This document shows, piece by piece, positions 1 to 6,758 of a DNA stretch of 32,000 bases. Each line of letters opens with the position of its first letter. Within the stretch, counting starts at the first letter, position 1. The stretch is from Candidatus Saccharimonadota bacterium. GTDB lineage: Bacteria > Patescibacteriota > Saccharimonadia > Saccharimonadales > Saccharimonadaceae. The stretch spans positions 930,001 through 962,000 of the forward strand of contig NZ_CP045921.1 of NCBI RefSeq assembly GCF_025273655.1, read 5' to 3'. The notes beneath the pieces were generated by a model. It had not been told where the DNA came from, ran no database searches, and was given only the letters and a program-made list of their open reading frames with translations. A program made the translations under genes and the position numbers.

Positions 1-38
1 AACTGGTACGGCTCTTACATACAGGGATATACACCATA

Positions 39-632
39 ATGTTCATGCCGCACACCGCCAGCATGACAGTTATCGACCCGCTCAAATTCAACGATACACT
101 CGACAGTCTCAGCAACTTTACAGCCACAAGCTCTGGGTCGGGGGTCAATATTAGCAGTAGCATCTTGCAATGGGCGGGCACAACCGACGGTCAGGCAATC
201 ATAAAGTACAATTCACAGCCGCGCACCACCAATCAATATGGTGCCGCCATCACTAGCACTATGACTGGAAATGGCTCGGGCATTATCTTACACTGCGACT
301 CAAGCAACACCGGCTATTACGGTGCGGTGTTCTATAACAGCACAATCAAACTCGTGCGCACATCCGGGCGTTGGACACAGAACACTATCACGCAACTTGC
401 CACCTATAGCATTACAATAAATAGTGGTGATCTAATCGAATTCTGGAACATTGGCAATGTATTCAATATTGCAGTCAATGGCACAACCTACATTAGTCAG
501 TCCATCAGCAGCCCTGTTATAGGGCCGCTAAATATGTTTCAAGGTATAGGGCTTTACCGTTTGTCGTTCACCAACTCTACCTCTATTACTGAGTGGCGTG
601 GTGGTGACGCAGGTGCTTACGGCAAGCTCTAA
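39..632 (+). CDS. Hypothetical protein with a beta-sandwich (LamG/concanavalin-like lectin-type) module; possibly 5'-truncated by the window edge
   Basis: 197-aa ORF. The frame is open from nt 3 to the ATG at 39, so the gene may start upstream of the window. It has a Ser/Thr/Asn/Gly-rich beta-strand pattern (YYGAVFYNSTIKLVR, FNIAVNGTTY, GIGLYRLSF) with the same layout as the C-terminal ~190 aa of the 19476..21344 protein. Confidence 0.5.
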   Translation: MFMPHTASMTVIDPLKFNDTLDSLSNFTATSSGSGVNISSSILQWAGTTDGQAIIKYNSQPRTTNQYGAAITSTMTGNGSGIILHCDSSNTGYYGAVFYNSTIKLVRTSGRWTQNTITQLATYSITINSGDLIEFWNIGNVFNIAVNGTTYISQSISSPVIGPLNMFQGIGLYRLSFTNSTSITEWRGGDAGAYGKL

Positions 633-643
633 ATGTTGAGCAT

Positions 644-671
644 TTGCAAAACCAGCTGACTCTGCTATGAT
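644..671 (+). promoter_or_regulatory. Sigma70-like promoter for the esterase gene
   Basis: -35 TTGCAA (644..649), 16-nt spacer, extended -10 TGC-TATGAT (663..671). Confidence 0.4.
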
Positions 672-674
672 GAG

Positions 675-686
675 TAGCATAAGCGT
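675..686 (-). repeat. Copy 1 of the exact 12-mer ACGCTTATGCTA (inverted orientation)
   Basis: The plus strand reads TAGCATAAGCGT. It lies between the -10 at 666..671 and the ATG at 705. Confidence 0.8.
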
Positions 687-704
687 AAAAAACAGAAATA
701 TATA

Positions 705-2459
705 ATGAACAAAAAACTATCTTTTACACAATTATTTTCTCGCACTTCTCTCATCACCTACATCGTCTCCTTCGTATTTATTTCGTCAGTCATAGCAATC
801 GCACTAGGCAACCAAGCACATGCGGCTGCTGGGGCAGCGTGCAGTTACTCGGCAGACGGCAAGACATACTCTGGCACGACCGTCGAGACAGATGGTGTCA
901 GCTTTTGTAACGCCACAACATCCGTACTCAATGCCGCAATTGCCGCCACAGCTGCTGCGGGCGGCACCACGTCGACTGCATCAACTACCTGTAAACGCAA
1001 TGCCTCAACAGGCACAGATCTCAATTCTTACATAGATAACTGTGGTGGAAATCAAGAAATTCGTGTCACAAAAACCACAGCCAAACAAGACAAGGGCGCC
1101 AAACCACCCGCTATCATCTTTGTACACGGTGGCGGTTGGTTCAGTGATGACGGCAATTTCAATCCATCGTTTCAAAAACGAGCCGCCAAATGGGGCTTCA
1201 CTTCATTCCGCATTAAATATCGGCTGATGCCGGGCGGTGTCGATGAGCAGCTGCAAGATGTGCTACGCGCCGTCAAACACGTGCGCGACAATGCCGACAA
1301 GTATGGAATCGACAAAAACCGCATCGCTATCTGGGGCGACTCAGCCGGGGGCAGTCTAGCTGTACGCGCTGCCGCAACTGGTAGGTCTGGCGTCAAGGCG
1401 GCTATCGGCTGGTCTGCGCCAACCAATGCATTCCGCGACATCTTCAATTCGTACGATGGTTGGGTAGCCGGCCTATACCACTCGCGCTGCTTCGGCAGCG
1501 AAATCCCTGCCTCCGTTAACGACATCATCAATGCGTTTGTGTCGGGTGACCCGACAGCCCTGGCCCAGAAAGTCGCCTCCGGCCAAGTATTAACACCGGC
1601 AGAAAGTGCCAGACTCCTCAATCTTGCGCTCAATATCGCCCATGTTGGCCTGGTAGATCTACCTACCGCAGCCGGCAAACTCCAGACAGCGTCCAATTCG
1701 CTTGGCTACACTACCACAAGTACCACAGACACCTCGGCTCCTTCCCTCTCGAACGACCAGATCAAATCACAACTTTCAGAGCTTACACCAACCGAACTTG
1801 CCGCTATCGGTGTCGCACTCTATCAGTTCAGTCGCACCGCGCAGGGTATCCCCAACGATGACCCTACAACAACTGATACTGTGAGCATTATCACGTCATC
1901 TGCCAACTTGCTCACACAACTCCAGAAAGAGTCACAACAAGAGAAGGCTGCCAGTGGAACCCAGAGCACAACGAATTCGACCACTTCATCAACAGCCAAT
2001 GCTAGCGCAGTAGCAGCTATCTTCTCAGCCTCAAATATTACTGATGCTGCCAATCTCATCAATTCTGACAGCCTCATCGGGTCTACTAACTCGCTGATCA
2101 GCCTAGCAGACAATACCTCTACCGCACTTGGGGTCAATCCTCAGCAGATCCCTGCCAAAAAAATTGCCGAATGCATGGCAGATTTCATCGAACTATCGCC
2201 CGCCCTCTTCGCCAGCCCGCGCTCACCTCGTATGTATCTCTTGAGTGGCGCCCAGGAGCGATGGGTTAACCCCCTCGACTCTTATCAGATGCGCGACAAA
2301 CTCCGCAGCATGGGTATCAGTTCGCAGGCACTCGTGCTACCACAGACAACAAAGAAGATTACTCGATCAAATGCCGACGGCCACATGGGATACGATCAGC
2401 GCGCAGAAGTACCGTCGTTCCAATACTTACACGACCTACTTAAGTCAAAGATAGAGTAA
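705..2459 (+). CDS. Secreted alpha/beta-hydrolase (fold-3, hormone-sensitive-lipase-type carboxylesterase) with a long Ser/Thr-rich insertion
   Basis: 584 aa. N-terminal signal/TM segment (FVFISSVIAIALGNQAHA). HGGG oxyanion motif (IIFVHGGGWF), nucleophile elbow GDSAGG and a C-terminal DGHMGY candidate His. About 200 aa of S/T/N-rich low complexity lie between the nucleophile and the His. The mature N-terminus has four Cys. Confidence 0.75.
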   Translation: MNKKLSFTQLFSRTSLITYIVSFVFISSVIAIALGNQAHAAAGAACSYSADGKTYSGTTVETDGVSFCNATTSVLNAAIAATAAAGGTTSTASTTCKRNASTGTDLNSYIDNCGGNQEIRVTKTTAKQDKGAKPPAIIFVHGGGWFSDDGNFNPSFQKRAAKWGFTSFRIKYRLMPGGVDEQLQDVLRAVKHVRDNADKYGIDKNRIAIWGDSAGGSLAVRAAATGRSGVKAAIGWSAPTNAFRDIFNSYDGWVAGLYHSRCFGSEIPASVNDIINAFVSGDPTALAQKVASGQVLTPAESARLLNLALNIAHVGLVDLPTAAGKLQTASNSLGYTTTSTTDTSAPSLSNDQIKSQLSELTPTELAAIGVALYQFSRTAQGIPNDDPTTTDTVSIITSSANLLTQLQKESQQEKAASGTQSTTNSTTSSTANASAVAAIFSASNITDAANLINSDSLIGSTNSLISLADNTSTALGVNPQQIPAKKIAECMADFIELSPALFASPRSPRMYLLSGAQERWVNPLDSYQMRDKLRSMGISSQALVLPQTTKKITRSNADGHMGYDQRAEVPSFQYLHDLLKSKIE

Positions 2460-2473
2460 TAGCTATCAACTAC

Positions 2474-2511
2474 AACATAAAACAGCCGCGAAGTAGCGGC
2501 TGTTTTATGTT
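2474..2511. terminator. Bidirectional rho-independent terminator between convergent genes
   Basis: Perfect 16-bp inverted repeat AACATAAAACAGCCGC / GCGGCTGTTTTATGTT with a 6-nt loop. GC core flanked by an A-run and a T-run. Confidence 0.8.
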
Positions 2512-2529
2512 GTCCCTAAATCCCTATAA

Positions 2530-3012
2530 CTAGCGTCGTGTTACTCGCACCATAGCCGTACGAATTGGACTACCATCTAGGAGATATCCGGCTTGCAGCT
2601 CTTCGGCAATCACTTCATGCTCACCCTCGGCCTCTTCGTCAAACTGGATTGCCTCATGGAGCGTCGGGTCAAATGCGGTGCCGTCGCTCGCATCAATGCG
2701 CTCCACCCCCAATGTACCCAATGCACCCGCCAACGTCTTCGGTAGCTTCGCTACACCTTGCGCCCACGCATCGTCTACAAGGGTCTCTGGTAGGTGTCCT
2801 ACGCCTCGCTCAATTGTGTCGACGATAGGCAGCAGCTTCTTGATAGCATCCGCACGTCCAGCTTGACGCATGGCCGCCTTTTCCGCATCAACACGTTTAC
2901 GATAGTTTTCGAAATCAGCTCGAGTACGCTGTACGTCTGTCGTCAGCTCTTCCAGCTGCGCCTCAAGCGCCGCTACTACTTCATCATCAACTGGCTGGAT
3001 TTGCTCTGCCAT
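2530..3012 (-). CDS. grpE: Nucleotide exchange factor GrpE
   Basis: 160 aa. GrpE signature region RADFENYRKRVDAEK. AGGAGG Shine-Dalgarno (SD) site just upstream. Starts 15 nt after the hrcA stop. Confidence 0.9.
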   Translation of the reverse strand: MAEQIQPVDDEVVAALEAQLEELTTDVQRTRADFENYRKRVDAEKAAMRQAGRADAIKKLLPIVDTIERGVGHLPETLVDDAWAQGVAKLPKTLAGALGTLGVERIDASDGTAFDPTLHEAIQFDEEAEGEHEVIAEELQAGYLLDGSPIRTAMVRVTRR

Positions 3013-3027
3013 ATTTCCTCCTATAAA

Positions 3028-3738
3028 TTATAATGTCTCTTCGAGCATCTCGGCGGTCTGGCTGACTAATCGAATAACCCGAGCGTAGCTCTGACGTGTA
3101 GAGCCAAGGACACCGATGTAGCTTGCATCGCTGTATGGTGATCGAAATCGACTAATCACAAGACTTGCGCCACTTGCCTTGCCGATCGGGTTTTCTTCAC
3201 CGATATATACACTGAGCGGTTCGGTAGGAGCTGTCTCGCGCAGCCATGGCTCGAGATTATCCAGTAGACGCGCTACCGCTTGTGGCGCTGAACCACCATT
3301 CATAAATTCTGGCTGACTAAACAAATTACCGATACCACTCATGTACAGCTGTCCATCTATCGTCGCGATACCAAGATTATGTGTCAGTTCCACAAGACTA
3401 TCAACAGCACTACGAATAGCCTGATCAGCTCGATTACTGCTTGTAACGCGTGCTTCGATGGCTCTCGCACTGCGATCGAAGGCTGGGAGTTGTGGCACAT
3501 ACTGCTGCTCGGTGATCTGGTTTACATAGAACCGATAACCCTTGTCCGTCGGGATACGCCCTGCACTGGTATGTGGCTGAGTAATCAGACCAGCCTGCTC
3601 AAGACGAGCCATCTCGCTACGAATTGTCGCACTCGAGACGCCAAACAGTTTAGCAAGCGTAACACTACCAACAGGCGATGCGACTTCGGCGTATTGCTCC
3701 ACTATCGCGATAAGAATCTGCAATTGGCGATCGGTCAT
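3028..3738 (-). CDS. hrcA: Heat-inducible transcription repressor HrcA (short form, 236 aa)
   Basis: N-terminal winged-helix typical of HrcA (LTDRQ..IL..IV..Y....PVGS..L......SSATIR.EM..LE..GL...PHTSAGRIPT..GYR.YV). CIRCE operator immediately upstream. Confidence 0.9.
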   Translation of the reverse strand: MTDRQLQILIAIVEQYAEVASPVGSVTLAKLFGVSSATIRSEMARLEQAGLITQPHTSAGRIPTDKGYRFYVNQITEQQYVPQLPAFDRSARAIEARVTSSNRADQAIRSAVDSLVELTHNLGIATIDGQLYMSGIGNLFSQPEFMNGGSAPQAVARLLDNLEPWLRETAPTEPLSVYIGEENPIGKASGASLVISRFRSPYSDASYIGVLGSTRQSYARVIRLVSQTAEMLEETL

Positions 3739-3744
3739 ACTTAC

Positions 3745-3772
3745 ATTGTAGCACTTTTTGGCACTCAGGCAA
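3745..3772 (-). promoter_or_regulatory. hrcA promoter; leaderless geometry
   Basis: Minus strand reads TTGCCT (-35, inside the CIRCE spacer), 16 nt, TGC-TACAAT, then exactly 6 nt (gtaagt) to the ATG at 3738. Confidence 0.5.
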
Positions 3773-3784
3773 ATAGAGTGCTAG
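3758..3784. promoter_or_regulatory. CIRCE operator (HrcA binding site)
   Basis: TTGGCACTC-N9-GAGTGCTAG versus the consensus TTAGCACTC-N9-GAGTGCTAA (one mismatch per arm). An extra half-site TAGCACT lies at 3750..3756. Confidence 0.85.
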
Positions 3785-3787
3785 CAT

Positions 3788-3816
3788 TTGCATGATGTGC
3801 AGCTCAGTACTATACT
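3788..3816 (+). promoter_or_regulatory. Promoter for the 3825 gene
   Basis: -35 TTGCAT (3788..3793) abuts CIRCE. 17-nt spacer, -10 TATACT (3811..3816), then 8 nt to the ATG with no SD. Confidence 0.45.
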
Positions 3817-3824
3817 AGAGTTAT

Positions 3825-4049
3825 ATGAGTTTTTTGAGCGATTTAGGAAGCTTCCTTAGCGACGCACAGCAGTTTAATAACGAGCTGTCGGGAGTAAAAG
3901 ACGATCTGGTTAATCAGGCAATGACTGCAGCTTCACAAGTAAGTGATCAGATGGACGAAGTGTCCCAAGAGCTGAGCCAGACAAAAGACACTGCAGTCGA
4001 CACTTTGCAACAGACAAAAGACAGTTTCAGCTCAAGTCTCAACAACTAG
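3825..4049 (+). CDS. Small acidic Ser/Gln-rich coiled-coil-like hypothetical protein
   Basis: 74-aa ORF divergent from hrcA. Its promoter-like element is directly adjacent to CIRCE. No recognisable family motif. Confidence 0.5.
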   Translation: MSFLSDLGSFLSDAQQFNNELSGVKDDLVNQAMTAASQVSDQMDEVSQELSQTKDTAVDTLQQTKDSFSSSLNN

Positions 4050-4139
4050 GCTAGTTGTCTATGTCGCGGCTTGGCATCACGAGCCGAGCCACCATGACAG
4101 CCATAAATGCGATTGCAATGACAAGCAAGTAGTATTTCA

Positions 4140-4358
4140 TCAGCTTGTTTTCTTTTCGGCACCACCATAGGCGGCTGCGCCATATCCCTGCGGTACAGCC
4201 GAAACACGCTGATTAGTATCAGCCGGCCTAGGAGCAAACGTGCGCAAAACTGTTGTCACACCTGTCACTGCCACAAGTCCGATTGCTACATTCCTCAAGA
4301 AATCTTTGCGATCCATCTTCTGGCTCAAAATCGCGGCGAAATCTGTTTTTACTGACAT
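4140..4358 (-). CDS. Small protein with a Tat-like (RK variant) signal peptide
   Basis: 72 aa. MDRKDFLRNVAIGLVAVTGVTTVL resembles (S/T)RRxFLK plus an h-region. AAGGA SD upstream. Lies immediately downstream of tatC on the same strand. Confidence 0.5.
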   Translation of the reverse strand: MSVKTDFAAILSQKMDRKDFLRNVAIGLVAVTGVTTVLRTFAPRPADTNQRVSAVPQGYGAAAYGGAEKKTS

Positions 4359-4436
4359 AAAATTCCTTTTTTATTTTAGTGCTACTTATACACTTACTAT
4401 ACCACGAAAACGCATATGCCTATAGCCGTACGCCCA

Positions 4437-5579
4437 CTATACGAGGGATAGACCATCAATAGAGCGTGACGGACGACGCTGAGACTCCTGGGCAACTTGC
4501 CGCGCAGGAATCGTAGTTGGTCGTCGCGTAAATCCGTCGAGACTTCGTCTCATAGCAGTAGGGCGAGCGATGTCACCCGCACGTGTAACGGGCCGTGGTA
4601 ATGACAATGCTGCTTGCGTGCTCGATTGCAGTGCCGGCGCTTTTGCTGGTGCGTCAGCCTGAACAGCTGGAGGAGATACTTCTTGTATTTGCTCTTGCGC
4701 CCGCTCAGCTGCTTCGACCGGTAGAGTATGCTCAGGCTCCAGTAGTGCCACTGGGTCTTCTGCGGTCTCTTCGGGCTGCGTCACTGCGCGCGCTGCCCGT
4801 CTGCGCCCCGCAGTGCGACGCACGTAGACTGCAATAGCCCCTAACTGATAAATCAAGATGATAGGTAGCGCTACAATCATCTGATTCACGATATCTGGTG
4901 TCGGCGTAATGAGTGCCGCGGCAATGACAGCGCCTACGATGACGAAGCGTTGCGACGATAGTAGCGTGCCGGGAGGAAACGGCCGTACGTGATCAAACAT
5001 ATAGAGCAATAGTGGCAGCTGAAACAGCGCAGCGAGGCCTAACATATACGCCACTATGAAGCCGAGATATGACTCAGCCGTCAGGTTTGGCGTGACAGCA
5101 TCGCCAGCAAATGTTGTTAGGAACTGAATAGCCGCCGGTACTGCAATATAGTACCCAAATGCCGCCCCACTCAGTGCAAGCAATGCCGAAAGCAGTAAGA
5201 TCGCTGCGACAAGTCGGCGGGATGTTCGTCCAAGCACTGGCTGCAAGAAACGATAGATGTGATACACGACCACGGGTATTGTGACAAAAGCACCAAAATA
5301 CAAACACACGGTAAATATAAAGCTAAATCCACCCCCTGGAGTTAGGTAGACAAGCTTCTCCCCGTGCAGTGGAGCCATGACAAAGCTCACTAACGTGTCT
5401 TTATACTGGAAGCCGATTGCCGATGTCACAATCAACGAAGCAGTTATCCAAAACAACCGCGAACGGAGCTCGTATAGATGTTCGAGAAAGGTCTGCTGAT
5501 CCTCAGCAGAACTAGACTGACTTTTTAGCGTCGTCTGATTCTGTTTTGGTGTCTTTTTTCTTCGCCGTTGTGTCATCAT
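4437..5579 (-). CDS. tatC: Sec-independent translocase TatC with a ~125-aa Pro/Ala/Arg-rich C-terminal extension
   Basis: 380 aa. FLEHLYELRSRLF motif and a six-TM core in the first ~255 aa. AAGGGA SD 4 nt upstream of the ATGATG start, which lies inside tatA. Confidence 0.85.
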   Translation of the reverse strand: MMTQRRRKKTPKQNQTTLKSQSSSAEDQQTFLEHLYELRSRLFWITASLIVTSAIGFQYKDTLVSFVMAPLHGEKLVYLTPGGGFSFIFTVCLYFGAFVTIPVVVYHIYRFLQPVLGRTSRRLVAAILLLSALLALSGAAFGYYIAVPAAIQFLTTFAGDAVTPNLTAESYLGFIVAYMLGLAALFQLPLLLYMFDHVRPFPPGTLLSSQRFVIVGAVIAAALITPTPDIVNQMIVALPIILIYQLGAIAVYVRRTAGRRRAARAVTQPEETAEDPVALLEPEHTLPVEAAERAQEQIQEVSPPAVQADAPAKAPALQSSTQAALSLPRPVTRAGDIARPTAMRRSLDGFTRRPTTIPARQVAQESQRRPSRSIDGLSLV

Positions 5580-5709
5580 TCATTCCCTTACGAAGTTCTT
5601 TCATAGAGTCACCAACACTGCGGGCGAGTTCTGGCAGCTTGCGGCCTCCGAAAAGCAGCAGGATAACTAAGAAGATGATGATTAATTCTGGTGTACCGAG
5701 TCCGAACAT
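5512..5709 (-). CDS. tatA: Sec-independent translocase TatA/E
   Basis: 65 aa. MFGLGTPELIIIFLVILLLFGGRKLPELARSVG is a canonical TatA N-terminus. GAGGAAAA SD upstream. Confidence 0.9.
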   Translation of the reverse strand: MFGLGTPELIIIFLVILLLFGGRKLPELARSVGDSMKELRKGMNDDTTAKKKDTKTESDDAKKSV

Positions 5710-5801
5710 GTTTTCCTCACTTACTACTAAACTGCTTTTATAATATAGCGATTATGGTAAGATAGCAATAGATTCAGGGCTAAGAGGGTTGTAAAAAAGG
5801 T

Positions 5802-6059
5802 ATGGACACAAATCAAACAGGTAACTATAACTGTCAAAATGTCGACCAAAATGCATACGGTGCGGGCAATTATGGCACCTGTGCTGCTACCGCTGCTCAG
5901 TCTAGCACCACCCAACCTGGCACACCAGATACAGGCTCGTTTCTAGGATTCGTCACATCTGGCTCGTTTAGCATCATTTTGCCGCTCATCGTCGCAATTG
6001 TCGTAGTGCTCGCAGCGACTCTCGCCGTTACACGCGCAAAACACGCTAACCGCAAGTAG
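5802..6059 (+). CDS. Small Cys-containing protein with a C-terminal sorting-signal-like tail (TPDTG + TM + basic tail)
   Basis: 85 aa. C-terminus QPGTPDTGSF-[hydrophobic 25 aa]-RAKHANRK. In-frame TAA at 5781 blocks any N-terminal extension. No N-terminal signal peptide. Confidence 0.45.
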   Translation: MDTNQTGNYNCQNVDQNAYGAGNYGTCAATAAQSSTTQPGTPDTGSFLGFVTSGSFSIILPLIVAIVVVLAATLAVTRAKHANRK

Positions 6060-6065
6060 CGCAAC

Positions 6066-6095
6066 TTGTTCAAAAGACCAGCATTTTGCTATACT
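6066..6095 (+). promoter_or_regulatory. Promoter for the kinase gene
   Basis: -35 TTGTTC, 18 nt, extended -10 TGC-TATACT (6087..6095), then 10 nt to the ATG. TTTTGCTATACT is identical to the rdgB promoter. Confidence 0.45.
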
Positions 6096-6105
6096 ATCTA
6101 TAGTA

Positions 6106-6735
6106 ATGCAATCCTCTTTATCAGAAAACCAGCTCGCAACTGTCAAGCAGTGGCTCGGAAGCGGGAGTATCAACATCTTTGGCTTGCCCTTTGCCGGCAA
6201 AGATACACATGGACATCAACTAGCCCAGCTATTCGGTGGCGTGACGCTCAGTGGGGGCCAAATTCTCCGTGGTAGTCCACGCACACCAGAGCAGATTGCT
6301 ATCCAAGAATCTGGCGGACTATTTCCCACCGATGAATATATGCGTATTGTTACTCCTTACCTTTCGCGCAAAGAATTTGCCGGTCGGCCGCTTATCCTCA
6401 GCTCTGTTGGGCGCTGGATCGGCGAGGAACAAGGTGTACTTGCAGCCACGGAGGCGAGTGACCATCCGACAAAAGCCGTACTCTACCTGACGATCGATGA
6501 AGAAACGATCTATCGCCGGCTCGACGCCTCCAAAGAAATTGGCGACCGTGAACTGCGTGCCGATGACTCACATGAGGTTCTCGGCAATCGCATTCAAGAA
6601 TTTACCGGCAAAACCCTCCCAGTTATCGAAGAATACCGCAAACTTGGCCTCTTGATTGAGATCAATAGCGATGCCTCGCGCGAAGAAGTCTTCGACACGA
6701 TCCTAAGTCGCCTGTTACAGCGCGCCACTTCTTAA
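6106..6735 (+). CDS. Adenylate kinase-like nucleoside monophosphate kinase
   Basis: 209 aa. P-loop GLPFAGKDT (compare the Adk motif GxPGxGKGT), followed by LSGGQILR and RADD..E....R motifs. Short LID region. Confidence 0.6.
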   Translation: MQSSLSENQLATVKQWLGSGSINIFGLPFAGKDTHGHQLAQLFGGVTLSGGQILRGSPRTPEQIAIQESGGLFPTDEYMRIVTPYLSRKEFAGRPLILSSVGRWIGEEQGVLAATEASDHPTKAVLYLTIDEETIYRRLDASKEIGDRELRADDSHEVLGNRIQEFTGKTLPVIEEYRKLGLLIEINSDASREEVFDTILSRLLQRATS

Positions 6736-6758
6736 TTTTAATCTTTCAAAAGGTGCGG

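Noticed and set aside
820-2454. Nested ORFs inside and antisense to the esterase gene (820..1035, 1172..1696, 1823..2137, 2245..2454 and others)
   Set aside because: All lie within the 584-aa esterase reading frame region, and they are Pro/Arg/Ser-rich shadow frames.
4046-4237. 63-aa minus-strand ORF overlapping the end of the Tat-signal small gene
   Set aside because: It overlaps a better-supported ORF in another frame, is Arg/Leu/Cys-rich and has no start signals.
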